Positions 19,127-31,882 are shown, counted from the first letter of the stretch. The stretch: DNA of 64,000 nucleotides from a virus (IMGVR_UViG_3300011008_000004:96001-160000), one strand, 5' to 3'. Numbers and translations: made by a program. The notes: generated by a model from the sequence alone, not told the origin.

Positions 19127-19857
19127 TAAAATACCTCATTAACAATGTTAGATCCATTTGATTTAATATCATTATAACTTGCAAAATTCGATGAATTAAA
19201 CTTATGCTCTTTTTCATACGTCTCTATAGCCCAAGTTAAATCTCTTAAACCACCTTTTATTGCTATCTTTAATAAATCAATCTTCACAGCTTGACTGCCT
19301 TTTGCATATTGTTCAAGTTCTTGTTGTGCAATATTCACACTTGATGGAGATAAAAATCCCTTTGGATTAGTATATACGGCGTCAATCCAATCACATAAAT
19401 ATTGTTTTATAACTTGATCGTCACAATTTACTACACGCTTTAAACTATTTATATGAGTTTGTCTTTTAGACATAGGTTCAACTCTCGGTTTCTTAATAAA
19501 TTGTTTTGCTGATGAATTCTTAATAACGTCTTCTGGATTAGAAGACTTCATTATTTTATCTAATTGATTTTCATATAAGATATAATAATTTTTATTAGGA
19601 ACATTTTTAAGTGGTTTCACACTAATAACACCACATTCACTTAATGCTAATTCTACATCAATCTGCTTTTCATCTTCCAAAGCTGTTCTTTCATAAATTT
19701 CTTGTCTTGAAATAGCTAATGTATCATTATCATTTATAAGTTTATGTCGTATTTGAAACGCTCTTTCTTCTTCAATACAAGTTAAAAATATAGCTGAACA
19801 TACACCAAATACTTTTGCTATATCAACATTGTAACTATTGCTATTTAAATAAGTCAT
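19126..19857 (-). CDS. Putative replication initiator
   Basis: N-terminal winged-helix-like segment (YNVDIAKVFG...ISRQEIYERTAL); directly upstream of the DnaC-like gene. Confidence 0.5.
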   Translation of the reverse strand: MTYLNSNSYNVDIAKVFGVCSAIFLTCIEEERAFQIRHKLINDNDTLAISRQEIYERTALEDEKQIDVELALSECGVISVKPLKNVPNKNYYILYENQLDKIMKSSNPEDVIKNSSAKQFIKKPRVEPMSKRQTHINSLKRVVNCDDQVIKQYLCDWIDAVYTNPKGFLSPSSVNIAQQELEQYAKGSQAVKIDLLKIAIKGGLRDLTWAIETYEKEHKFNSSNFASYNDIKSNGSNIVNEVF

Positions 19858-20732
19858 TAAGCCTCCTCAGCTACTTTGCTTTTCTTTTCAAATGAATAAG
19901 ATACTTTTTTAGTCTTACCCCATCTTAAATTCTCATTAAAATTTCCATCTAATTTCTTATAAGCTTTTAACACATTTTCAATAATATTCCAAGCTTCAAT
20001 TAAATTTTTCTTATTGTCTTCTGTACATTCTTCTTTAGTCATATATACAAAATCATCTATATGACTAGGCTGAATTTTCTTATCACAATTCAACATTGCA
20101 TCTAATAGTCTTTGACCCATAGGATTATGTTCAAGTTTAATTCTCATATCAACCATTATAGACGTTAAATCACTCGACTCATATGACGGCATAAAATTCT
20201 CATCTTCATACATCTGATCTAATGATGCACACATATGATTCATTGAAGTTTTTAATTTTAATTTATTTACGCTTCCTTCTTCCTTAACGCCATTCTTATG
20301 ATCACACTCATATTTTTCAAGTCTCGCATTAGAACCCATTTCATATAAAACTTCACCGATTCTATTTGCTAAAGACATATTAACTACTTTACTTACAAGT
20401 TTATCGTCAATTGTTTTTTCTAAAACAAATGCTTTCATTGTACATTCAAAAGTTCTATAAATTATTTGAGAATAAAAATCTTTAAACTCTGGATGTCGAC
20501 TAAGTTTTGCTAAAAACAATTTCTTATAATACATAAACCATTTAGCAACTAAACCATTATCAAATGGTTTACTATAAGTAGTTCTCATGTGCACACTACC
20601 ATTTTTACAAACGTGCTCCTGCCTGCTATAACCAGCCTTTAGTGCAATATCAATAGTTAAATCTTTTATACTATCATATTGTCTAGGATCTGCGTCTGCA
20701 ACACTTTGAATAATTTGGTACAATTTAATCAT
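19857..20732 (-). CDS. Hypothetical protein, possible divergent phage sigma factor
   Basis: First gene behind three sigma70-type promoters; weak region-2-like helices and an SLD motif. Confidence 0.4.
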   Translation of the reverse strand: MIKLYQIIQSVADADPRQYDSIKDLTIDIALKAGYSRQEHVCKNGSVHMRTTYSKPFDNGLVAKWFMYYKKLFLAKLSRHPEFKDFYSQIIYRTFECTMKAFVLEKTIDDKLVSKVVNMSLANRIGEVLYEMGSNARLEKYECDHKNGVKEEGSVNKLKLKTSMNHMCASLDQMYEDENFMPSYESSDLTSIMVDMRIKLEHNPMGQRLLDAMLNCDKKIQPSHIDDFVYMTKEECTEDNKKNLIEAWNIIENVLKAYKKLDGNFNENLRWGKTKKVSYSFEKKSKVAEEA

Positions 20733-20827
20733 ACTTCACCTCACTATAGTATTGTAACACCTATTTTTAAAAATGTACAACATTTATGACTATAATTTTT
20801 AACTTTTTTCAAAAAATTTTCTAAAAC

Positions 20828-20856
20828 ATAATAACTAATATGCAAAAATAAGTCAA
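20828..20856 (-). promoter_or_regulatory. sigma70-type promoter
   Basis: TTGACT-17 nt-TATTAT. Confidence 0.6.
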
Positions 20857-21008
20857 CTACTTTTAGATGACTTTTTCGAAAAATATGTAATTATACTAAT
20901 GCGATATATTTATAATTATATTCTAATAGTATATAGCATAATTCCGGAAATAACGCAAAAATACAAAATCTGTCACGGTTTTATTGCTCTATTCATTAGT
21001 TTAATGAT

Positions 21009-21037
21009 ATTATAACACTACGAATAAAATATGTCAA
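21009..21037 (-). promoter_or_regulatory. Consensus sigma70-type early promoter of the replication operon
   Basis: TTGACA-17 nt-TATAAT with an extended TG; lies just after the SNF2 terminator. Confidence 0.85.
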
Positions 21038-21042
21038 ATAAA

Positions 21043-21067
21043 AAGGACTGAATTTACATCAGTCCTT
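21043..21067 (-). terminator. Intrinsic terminator
   Basis: AAGGACTGA-ATTTACA-TCAGTCCTT hairpin with a U-tract on the minus strand. Confidence 0.75.
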
Positions 21068-21077
21068 AAAAATTAAT

Positions 21078-22742
21078 TTACTCACTAAAAATATTTAAGT
21101 CTCGTATAGCGTTATTATCAGTTAAATATCCTGCAAGTTGTTCTTTTCTATCTAAAATTTCCGCTACACGTTCGTCGTATGAATCATTTGTTATTAAAGT
21201 TATTATAGTACAAGCATTCTTCTGTCCTATTCTATATATTCTATCAGACGCTTGACTGAAATCTGCTTGTGTCCAAGGTGTATCTATGAAAATCATGTAT
21301 GATGCAGCTGTTAGAGTATGTCCTGTTCCCATTTTTTGCCATGTAGCAATCATTACTTTACAGTCATCATCTGCGTTAAATCGTTCTTTATTTATATTAA
21401 TTTCTTCATCGTCTTGATCGCCAGTACATACAACAGGATTATATTGACTTAATATGTCTTTTTCAGCGTAAGCAGCACCTTTAAATGTGTTAAATACAAC
21501 AACTTTATCGCCCTGACCAACAATCGTATCTACTAATTCTTCAAGTCTTTCTAACTTTGCAGACTTTGTAACGGCTGTAGAAACGATTCCTGGATAAGCT
21601 GTTATTTGTCTTAATCTTAAGTTAATTGTAAGCTCCTGAATGATACTAGGCCTTTCAGGCAGCAAATCTAGCTCTTTCGCTATACCATCTGCAACATCAT
21701 CATATAATTCTTGTTGTTCTTTACCCATATCGACGTATTCTGTAACAAATGTTCTTTCAGGTAAATCCAATACGTCTTTCTTCAAACGTCTTAACGAACA
21801 CGATGAGATTAAGTCTTGTAATAAGTTCAAATTCTTGTAACCAACTACTTGAACACCGCCAAAACCACCATAAACATTATACATAGACTTGAATTGTCCA
21901 TAATTACAACTCACATTATCAGTCCATTTTAATGGCACATAAGCATCTTCTGGCTTATTCATTATGACAGTTCCAGATAATCCTATACGTCTTTTAGCTT
22001 TTAACTTCATTAAAGTTCTAGCTGACATACTACTTGGATTCTTTACACGATGAGCTTCATCAAAAACTATCATGTCAAACTTTGTTTTACTTTTCTTAAA
22101 AACATCAGCAAATTCTTTACTTTGTAAAGTTTGCATATTAGTTATAACAAAAAATTCTTTTATGTCACTAGCTAAATGATTTAATCTGTCAGCAACTGAT
22201 CCTACAACTAAATTACCACGTCTATTTATTCTTTGGCCTAATATAACTGCGTCTAAATCTGAATATAGCTTTGTTTCATTTAACCAAGTCTTCTTAAGAC
22301 TATTTACGCCACATATAATTAAACAATGTTGTAAACCTTCTTTTATTCTAAGATTATCTGCTAAACAAATCATTTGGAAAGTTTTTCCAAGTCCAGCGTC
22401 ATCTAATAACAACCAGCCATGTTCATTGCTTAGTCCAAAATTTATGCCATCTTTCTGATGTTTATATGGTTTAACTTTAAAATCATAATCTTCACACGTT
22501 AAATCTAATTTATTGTTTGTAACATATGGGATAAATTTACAATCATCAAATCTAGTTATTAAATTAACTAAAAATTGAAGCTTATTTACAGGGGCTTCAA
22601 ATGTATTAGTTTTATGATCATATACTATATTAGTAGTCTAAATGATAGTATCAAATAATTGTCTTTCTATAATTCCTAATTGAATGAATAAAGACGTTAC
22701 AGCTGGAATCTTTTTAGCTTGATTCTCAGTTATTATTGTCAT
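21078..22742 (-). CDS. SNF2-family helicase (554 aa, one TAG at codon 35)
   Basis: PYKHQ, DDAGLGKT, FDEAH, LSGT, QASDRIYRIGQ. The N-terminus extends to ATG 22742, coupled to the upstream stop, when TAG 22638 is read through. Confidence 0.85.
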
Positions 22743-23068
22743 TAAAATTCTTCCTTACAAGTTATTTTATCATTACCTAATTTATAAGAATAATCTGAAT
22801 CAAAATCTAATGTTTGATCAATATCTACTTTGAAATTCATCTTTGCATCAATCGTAAATGTTTTACCACATTTGTCGCAAGTATAAACTTCTTTAGTATC
22901 TAAACTTGTTCCGGTAAAATCAATAATCTTCCCAGATTCATCTCTTTGGATATCACCAGGGTTCCCAAATACTGCATTTGGAATAAATAATTCAGCAGGA
23001 AGATATTCATATCCACAATTAGGACATTCAATAACAACAAATTTATTTTTAGTTTCTTTCATTTTCAA
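22742..23068 (-). CDS. Zinc-ribbon protein
   Basis: CPNCG...CDKCG. Confidence 0.7.
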   Translation of the reverse strand: MKMKETKNKFVVIECPNCGYEYLPAELFIPNAVFGNPGDIQRDESGKIIDFTGTSLDTKEVYTCDKCGKTFTIDAKMNFKVDIDQTLDFDSDYSYKLGNDKITCKEEF

Positions 23069-23261
23069 AAATTCTCCAATTTATTTATATAACTTTATAC
23101 AACACGCGCGCGCGAAAAAATGAAAAATTTTGAAAAAAATAAAAAATTTTTAGTTATTTTAAGATTAGTAAAAATTATTATGATTATTCATATTAGTGAT
23201 ATCGCAAGATATCACGTAGGTCACCTGATGAACTCGAAAATCAGTTTTTATGACAAAATAA

Positions 23262-23285
23262 AAGACCGTTAAAATTAACGGTCTT
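23262..23285 (-). terminator. Terminator of the tail/baseplate operon
   Basis: AAGACCGTTAA-AA-TTAACGGTCTT hairpin with a U-tract. Confidence 0.75.
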
Positions 23286-23289
23286 CTAA

Positions 23290-23892
23290 TTATAATCTCA
23301 CAATAGTCTGCTACTTTACTTTATTAACTCTCACTGTTTCTGCAATAGGCGCACTTTTTGACGCTTTCTTTTTAGTAGATTTAACTACAGGTTGCTCGAC
23401 AACAACTTCTTCTACTTCTGTAGTTTTTCTTATAATTTCGACTGTGCTTCCTACTGGAACTACATATTTTAAAACTTCTGAAAGATACGATAGATCGACT
23501 GTCTCATCTGAAGTTAATTCAACTTTTATTACGCCATTCTCTACATTAGCTACTTCAACTTTACTAACATTATAATATGCATTTATTACGCTAATTACCG
23601 CATACTTTATACTATTTATATTTCCCTTATTTCTTATAACATAAGGAAACAACGTTAAAATATTTCTTAATATATCTGTAGAAATATAATCATTACTTTT
23701 AAATCCAAGTCTTCTTGCTAATAGTGTAATTAATTTATCATCAATAGTTTTAGTGTTGAGTTGCTTTCTAATTTTCTATTGAGCAATTATATTTGAATTT
23801 ACTAATGTATCATATAATCTACATAGTAACTAAAAGTCTCTAGATAAAGTGGTGTAAACTTCAGGTACATTATCTTCTAATTTAAATAACAT
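23290..23892 (-). CDS. Baseplate/tail protein (P2 gpI-like), TAG=Gln
   Basis: Continuous frame from ATG 23892 to TAA 23290; SRDF[TAG]LLCRLYD, LLARRLGF, FPYVIRNKG, YVVPVG. Confidence 0.6.
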
Positions 23893-23905
23893 TCCAATTT
23901 ACCTC

Positions 23906-26900
23906 TTACTTTATAATAGATAAGTCACTAATAACTAAATTAAGAAGTGGATTAGCTGATGTTGCAGCTGAATTATACATCTTAGCCATTACGTATCTAT
24001 TTAATATATGATTTTTATTAAAGAAAGTATAAGGCTGTGTAGGATCCAATATAGGTTGATCTGGTTCATATGTTGGATCAAATTCACTACATTCATAAAA
24101 ATATGTACTAGAAGCGTTATTTAAATTGAAATAACTTTTATCACCTTTATTATCTTCTAAAATCTTTAATAGCGTTTTATATCCAATATCTGATGCCTAG
24201 TACCATTCAGCGTCCACATCATATATAACAGGTTGGTAGTACTCACCAGATACGCCTGTTTCTATATTTACTTCAGCACCATTTGTTTCAGTCAAAATAT
24301 AATTAACATGACCGTCATTATACTTATATCTAAAAATTATAGGATAATATATAGTATTATCATCTACAACGTCTGCAATTAGATATGGAACTTTCACCTT
24401 ATCAGCTTCAAATGATTCAGGTTTAGTACTATACTCAACATCTTCAGTATCAGTATAATTATATACATTATCTCTTAATATGTCATCAGATGATAATATT
24501 ATTTGCTATTGAATACCTATACTTAATAACTTATTAAAACTTATATATTTAGAATAGTCTTCAACGGTATCGCTGTACGTTACTAAATTATAAGCAATTG
24601 ATTTTACTTCAGGTTCATCGCCAGCGCCTTTTTTATCGTATGTAGCACTATACACCAATGTTTGACTATGACTAATATACGTTGGATCACTACTTATAGT
24701 CTATTTTAAATTATATGTTTTAGATGCATCATTTAATATTAAGCCATATCTACCAGTGATATTTAAATCACCAGATTCATACTCTGTGTAATTAGTATCT
24801 GTGGCTGATTTATATTTAATAATATAATGTTTGTCTCCACTATTGTTTATAGCGAATGTAGTTTCATCGCTAATACCAATGTCTCTTAATAAAGCTCTGT
24901 TATCTTCTGCGCCACTTACATCACTAAAATAAATCTCATAGCCACTACCTATTGTGGTTATATCATTTAATATCAATCCTATATATGATGTTTGTTGTCC
25001 AGAACCAGCTGTACTTAATAAATCAGATACACGATATGAAAAACTATCTATAGATTGTAAATCACCATATCCTTGCAAAAAGGCTAGGTCTATAAACTAC
25101 TGCTTATACTCATCTAGTAATTTTTTAGCCTCATCACCTTGCTTTACAGTTGAATTATATACGCTTATCGTTGAACCTTCACCTACTATCTCAAATTCAC
25201 TTGGTACGCTGTTGCTATATGTAATTCTTATGATATAAGAACCTGTAGGTATATAAATAGATTTATTAGCACTGCTCATTGATAAAAATGCTTGTAGCAA
25301 CTACTTATCACTAAAATATAATTTATCATAGTCTACAGAATTTGTTGGAACATACACACAATCATACTTTACTTGAGATAAAACTGCAATCTAATTAGTA
25401 CCTATTGATACCGCAGATGCCGCAGTTTCAGTCATATCTAAGTTGAAATTTAATCTTATATACTTATCAGTTAAATCTTCAATATAATCTCCAGCTTGTG
25501 CGTCTTCTTTAGTTTCATATAGATATATATGTTCTGAATCAGCTAACTTATAAACGACATTCTTTTTTAATTTTCTGTTTCCTACACATTTATAATATAA
25601 ATAATTAGAGTATATAACATCGTCTTTATATAACGTTGTCCAAATGCTTAGCTGTTCATTAGATTGAATTTTAACTGTTGTACTATTACCATAAGCTATA
25701 CTACCACTACTTCTAGTAAAACATCTAGAAGATATTATAGCATTATCATCATATCTATATACAGGTTTACCACCAACTACTTCATACACATACTTAACAG
25801 GCAAACTATTATAATTAACTTTCTTGTAATCGTCTGGTAGTTCACGAGAACTATCAGTCATATCAGTATAATTCTAACCAAATCTAATATCTAAACCTTT
25901 ATATCTAGTAGACCAAGGCGTTATGCCTGCTAATATAGATCTTTTCATTATGTCTAATACTTTAAAGTAACTATTGAATAAATCATTGTCTACTTTTTCA
26001 TAATCATCATTAGCAATAGGTTGCAATGCTACATATTGAATTCTATTATCAGCGCTCTTTATAGTTTCAACTAATTCACCATAGTCGGGCATTTCACCAA
26101 AACCAAGTTGTCTAGCATTAAATCTAGCCCATAAAGCTTTTACGATATTAGTCTTAACTTCATTAGCATCTATCTATGATACCTTATTATTTAAGTATAT
26201 TTGACCTTCTAAATCGTATGTAACAATGATAGGTTCACCGTTAAATTGACGTTCATGATTTAAAGATTTAACATTTTTTATCGATTTATTTATAACTGAT
26301 GACGCATCATCTACACCTATACTATCTTGATAATCTTTTAAATATTCAAATGTGGCATCAAAATTCTTTAAAGATTCTACACTTACAACTGATTTTAATG
26401 GGAAGAATCTAATAGCATATGGACTCATTGTAGAAGTGTCTACACTATCTTCATCTTTTGCATTACTTTTAAGAATGTCTACATGAATTTTGTTTTCAGC
26501 ATCAAAACTTTTAACTAAATAAGACTTGTACAAGTCATTCGTTCTATCAGATACTTGAATATTTGAAACTATGTTATTATTCTGAGAATCTTTATATTCA
26601 TATAAATAGTTCTTATAATCTAACAGTGAAACTAATGTATCAAAAACATTCTTAACTTTATCGTAGTTAAGATTCATTTCATCAATAGTCATAGGATCTA
26701 AACCATTCATTGTGCCACTTAAATTAGTGATATATGTAAATAGATCATTTAACTTTATAGCGTTAGATTCAACATCAATAATATCTAATCCCTCAGGATC
26801 TTTTGCATTATCATTACTAAAGAATTGAGAAATTGTTTTAGCGGTTACGTTGCCATTTAAACCACTGGACTTTATATATTTAATGTATAAACCATCTTTA

Positions 26901-27709
26901 ATTAACGTACCAATATCATCTGGGAATTGAATATAACAAGCATTATTAACTGCATCTACACCGAATTTATAAACTAATTGACCAGATAATGCTTGAGATA
27001 AGTTATCTATTGGCTTCCACTTTAAAGTTAAGCCTGATTCAGTTGAATATGTTATATCACTAAAATCTTGTTCAAATGAAATAAATATACCATTTTGAGC
27101 AATATTACTTTCAGCAAAATAAACTCTATTTTGACTATCTAAATACTCAGCTGTTATGCAATCATCACCATTTACTTCTAAGTTCAATGCCACGCCTTCT
27201 ATAACAGGCATTATTTGTCTCTAATCAACATCAGTGAATGTTAATGAAGTTAGACCAGTATAGACTGTTTGTTGTTCATTATCACTAAATTGAGAGAACA
27301 TAGGAATCTGTAAATTAGCATCGGCTATAATCGCTGTGCCATCTCCATTTTCGCCAGTTTTAACCTTTGTAGCAAGCCCATTTCTCTATAAAGTTAAATT
27401 GGTTGTAGCACTTATGTACCAATCTGGATAGTAACCCATTGTGTTATAAACATCATAAGCACTTCTTAACTGCGTTAAAGATTGAGGAAATAATTCTAAT
27501 ATATTTTTATCAATATTATAATTTAGTTTATCAGTCATTATAGCTGATTCTTTCAATAGAACAGCTAAAGGGTCTGACTCATTAGCTTCACTTGGAACCC
27601 ATTTATTAGTAAGATTAGGAACTAACTTAAGAATTTCAGTCCATAAGCTTTCAAAATCTTTATTTATAAATGATATATTTGAAGCATTTTTATCGTTGTT
27701 ATATATCAT
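23906..27709 (-). CDS. Large baseplate wedge protein (gp6/J-like, about 1267 aa, many TAG=Gln)
   Basis: Seven ORF-track fragments (27386, 26174, 25874, 25391, 25097, 24701, 24197) share one frame and each ends in TAG. N-terminus INKDFESL...ESDP; YIQFPD; SSGLNGNV. Confidence 0.75.
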
Positions 27710-28077
27710 AATTCCTCCGTATTAAGCATATTTATACTGTAATTAATAAAACTATAATCTAGCATGTTTTGAGCTTTAATATTTACATACACATTCTTGC
27801 CTTCAGATGTCACTGAAATATCTTTTCTTTCTACACGTACTTGAGGTAGAAATAATGATATCGCTGTGAACACATCGTCAATAACTAAATCTCTAAGTAC
27901 TACATTATTTCTTTCAAAAAATAATTTCTATAAGTTAACGCCGTAATAAGGATCGCCTAATAAAGTCTTTTTAAATGACTTTAGCAACAAAGCCATATTT
28001 TGCTTTGTTGCATCTAAATCTTTAATGATATTGGTTTTATTATTAGACAGCATGTCTGGAAATTTCACAGCATTCAT
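27706..28077 (-). CDS. Baseplate wedge subunit, gp25-like (one TAG)
   Basis: MNAVKFPDM...LLGDPYYGVNL[TAG]KLFF...FLPQV; translationally coupled to both neighbours. Confidence 0.75.
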
Positions 28078-28454
28078 TATTGATTTACCTTATCAAATAT
28101 TTGTTTATACGTAAGTTTACCTAAATTGACTTGAGTACTAGTATTTAAGTTTTCTTCTATATTTGCGCTCTTTAAATTAGCTCTAACTTTATAGTCATCA
28201 TTTTTAGAATTATCTAATTTTAGATAACCTATAATTATAGGCTTACCGTTATCATCATCTTCAAAAGCAACTATAACTATATCGCCTATTTCATAATCTA
28301 TGTTAAAACCTGGTAAGCATAATATTGTAGCCCAACTTAAATCTTCATCAGCTGTAGAATGTGGGTCATTAGCTATGCCATCAAAAATAGGTATTCTAAC
28401 TCTTATTTTACTAGATTCATAATCTATTTTATTTATAATAGCTCTAGTTATCAT
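28077..28454 (-). CDS. Baseplate spike/gpV-like OB-fold protein
   Basis: KIRVRIP...WA...EIGDIVIVAFEDDDNGKPIIIG. Confidence 0.7.
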   Translation of the reverse strand: MITRAIINKIDYESSKIRVRIPIFDGIANDPHSTADEDLSWATILCLPGFNIDYEIGDIVIVAFEDDDNGKPIIIGYLKLDNSKNDDYKVRANLKSANIEENLNTSTQVNLGKLTYKQIFDKVNQ

Positions 28455-28474
28455 TGCACTCTCTTTTTTATATT

Positions 28475-29743
28475 TTAATTTAGCTCGTCGTCTTGATTTA
28501 TACGAAGTAGAGATAGCGTTGTAGTATAACCTCTTTCGTCTATCTTATCTTCCTACTTAGTTATAGCATATATACCTGAACTAGTGTGTTTTCTACCAAA
28601 GAAATACACATTAACTCTAACATATGTCATTAACATTACTGCTCTTAATAAACCTTTTAAGGTGATAGTTGCAGTAATAGGATATTGAGTCATATTAGAC
28701 CACCAAGACTTATCAGCTTCAGTAGTTAACATTAAACTAGATGATTTAGTCAGTGTAGGAGAATATACTTGTGTCATATCTCCAGAATCATCTATCCTAT
28801 ATACGAAATCTGATTGATTTATATTCTATGAAAAATCATATAATATCGCATAAGCTTGTTCATTCTATATCTAAAAATTAGATACTATATCTTTTCCAGG
28901 ATAACCTACATCTATAGTGTAGTAATCAATTGATGAACTACTGTTTATATTTGTAAGTAATTTAGATACTTTAAAATAAGGGCCATCAAGCAATCCTGAC
29001 GTGTCATCATAAACAGTTAGAACGTACTTACTAGATTTCTTAATAGTATTATTAGCATCTCCAGAACTTGTCATACAAGATACTAAATAATTAAGATAAT
29101 CTAATATTGTAATATTTTTCTTAGCTTGAATAGTTACTTCTTTATCATCAGCTTCGATTAAACCTAATTGTAATATCTAATCTTCATTATGCATCCCATA
29201 AAATATGTCTTGCAAACCATATGTTTTATTAAATAAGATTTGTTTAATTACATCACTCGGTTTCTTACTTGAATATTTAGGAAATGTATAAGTACCAGCA
29301 CTTAAATTTATAGCAGTACTTACAGCTGATATAGTGTATGTTATTTTTGAATTAGCCGCGTCTAATGATTCACTAACTTTTGTAATTATGCCTTCTTCTT
29401 CTCTATACATATAAGTAGGTGTAGCACAATCACCATATGTAAATACGATTTTACGTGATTGATTAACTGAGCTTAAAACTCTATCAATCATATTAGGATC
29501 ATCATTCTATGTTATAGGATATACTAATGATAGTGAATATCTATTTACTGATCCATTTACTTTTGTTACAGTTAGTGACTATATATAATTTGGATATGTA
29601 ACTTTAACAGCTGAGTACAACTATTTATTCATCTCAACTGTTACATTTTTTCTACTATACATACCAAACGTATAATTACCAATTTTTACAGATATATGAG
29701 GTGCTTCTACACGCGTTGTTGTTGAAAGTAATGCAACAGACAT
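28475..29743 (-). CDS. Baseplate hub-like tail protein (422 aa, TAG=Gln)
   Basis: Fragments 29177, 28871 and 28553 are in one frame from ATG 29743 to TAA 28475; C-terminal SSGIYAITK[TAG]EDKID..GYYTTLSLLR. Confidence 0.65.
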
Positions 29744-29745
29744 AA

Positions 29746-30063
29746 TTACCTCTTTACAAATGATATAGAATTTATAGCCGGAACTTTAATAGCACTTCCT
29801 ACTTTAGGTTCCTCTAAGGAATCTAGAATTTGGTTAAAATCGCATATAACCCAATAATATATAGGACTGCCATAGTAATCTAATGAAATGCTATCCCAGC
29901 TATCTCCAGCTTTTACAGTGTGTAAAACATAGCCTATATCAGTATTTAGATTGCTAGTTAAACCATAGTAATATCTATTATCTTTTTCACTGTAATAATA
30001 TGGAAAACTTTCATATCTTGAAATGCCTTGATACTATTTGAAATTCTTTTCAGCATTCTTCAT
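29746..30063 (-). CDS. LysM-like baseplate protein (one TAG)
   Basis: HTVKAGDSWDSISLDYYGSPIYYWVICDFN..IKVP. Confidence 0.75.
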
Positions 30064-30073
30064 ATAAAGCACC

Positions 30074-30664
30074 TCACTTCTTGTACATGTTCTTCGTTAA
30101 AGCAGTTTCTAATCCTCTAAAACTACCCCATTTCGCAATAGTATCAGCATCATATGGATCTACTTCGCTTATAGTGAAAGTTATCTATACTTGTTGATAT
30201 TTATTTCGCATGTCTAATGCTCCTGAGTATGTAACAGAAACATTACCATCTACAATGCCTTTTATAAATAAAGTATTACCAAATCTAACAGCGACCATTG
30301 GAGGATTAACCATTTTATTAGATATTTCTTTTGCCTTAAATGAAGGTAAAGCCATTGCTTGTAAATACTTAATCAATGTATCTATGTAGTCATCAGTTAA
30401 TTCATCTTTATCTAAAAAATCTATATTATCAAAATTTACTTGAGACATAAAATCTCTATGTAAATCTAATGTAAACTGAATAGATCTAGGACCCGCATAT
30501 GAATATGAATAAATAGGTGCTGTTCTAGATAATGGATTAGTCTTACTAAATGTAGAGCCTAAAGCATCTGTGAATGTTTCAGGATATGTAGGAATTATTA
30601 CATATTTATCTAGTTGATAAATATAAATGTAATTCTCTATTAAATCATACGCTTCTTTACGCAT
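30074..30664 (-). CDS. Tail-tube initiator-like protein (one TAG)
   Basis: SRTAPIYSYSYAGPRSIQFTL, PPMVAVRFG; extends past TAG 30185 to TGA 30074. Confidence 0.6.
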
Positions 30665-31851
30665 TATGAAGAACTCCTATCAAATAATTTAGAAGGCTAA
30701 CCTTGAGCTCTCATTATTAAATCTTCAATGTCTTTATCTATATAACCTGTAAAATCTCTAATAAGTTCTGGATCTTGCTTATCATAATGAACCTGCTAGT
30801 CTCTAAATGTATTATAGATAAATTTATGCATTCTAGTATCAAATTCACCTAATATATACTTATCAAACTTACGTCCTTTATATAATTCAGCGAACTTATT
30901 AGATGATATAATCTTTTGAATATTAACTATATTTTGAATTATTTCGTCATTAGGGGTTATAACATTACCTACTAAAAATTCAAATAATCTATCAGCAAAA
31001 GCATGCTGTGAAAAATAATTCTTTATAACTAATGTAGGATTCAAACAAAAATCATTTATATAGTTATCTACTTCTGTAATTACAATTGAGCTCTGTACAG
31101 AAGCTGGAATCTATATAAACATATGAAGATATCTTTCATATGTAAATTCACTTTGGTCATTAGCTTCATTAACTTCAAATACATATGGAACTCTAAAAGA
31201 TAATCTTGGATTATACACCTGATTCTATGAAGGTTGTTTGGTTAGTAACTTATTGTTATCATAGAATCCAAGTTGCACGGTGTTGTATGAAGTAGAACTT
31301 TCACAGTATATTTTATATTTCTTGCCAAATTTAACGGGTAACACAATAAGTTTCTTAGTATAGTCTACCTAAGAACTCACAATCTTAACTTCACCGCCTA
31401 CTTGTTCCATAGTTATAGGTAATGAAAATTTATCAATATATCTATTTGAAAAACAATTATATAAAGACATTAAATTTATATTATAATAGTCTCTATAAAA
31501 TCTTAAATATTCACCTAATCTTTCATGTACATCACTACTATAATAATTAACATTTGACATATAATTGTCTGTCAAATTATTATAATCTTGTCCAGGAATA
31601 TATGCTTGTACGTTTTCATCTAAGTCTGGCTCAAATGATACGCTATTACTTTCTTTATGCTTTTTTACTAAACCTTTATAAATATATAATTCGTTAGGAT
31701 AAGGCGTAAATGTATACTTAGTTTCTGATTCTTGATCATCATCAGGATCTCTAAAACAGTCACTCAAGACTCGTATCTTTGGAATATAGTAATTATATAA
31801 TAGGTTCTATATATAAGCACCCTATAAAGTATTTTCATCAAATCTTTGCAT
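30664..31851 (-). CDS. Virion structural hypothetical protein (395 aa, TAG=Gln)
   Basis: Fragments 31369 and 30796 share the frame from ATG 31851 to TAA 30664. Confidence 0.6.
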
Positions 31852-31882
31852 TTATAATCCTCAATGTAAATCACGTAAAAAA

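Noticed and set aside
23224-23245. CTGATGA...GAAA resembling a hammerhead ribozyme core
   Set aside because: Only 4 nt lie between the core segments, and I could not build stems I and III with an NUH site; CTGAT/ATCAG pairs as a simple hairpin instead.
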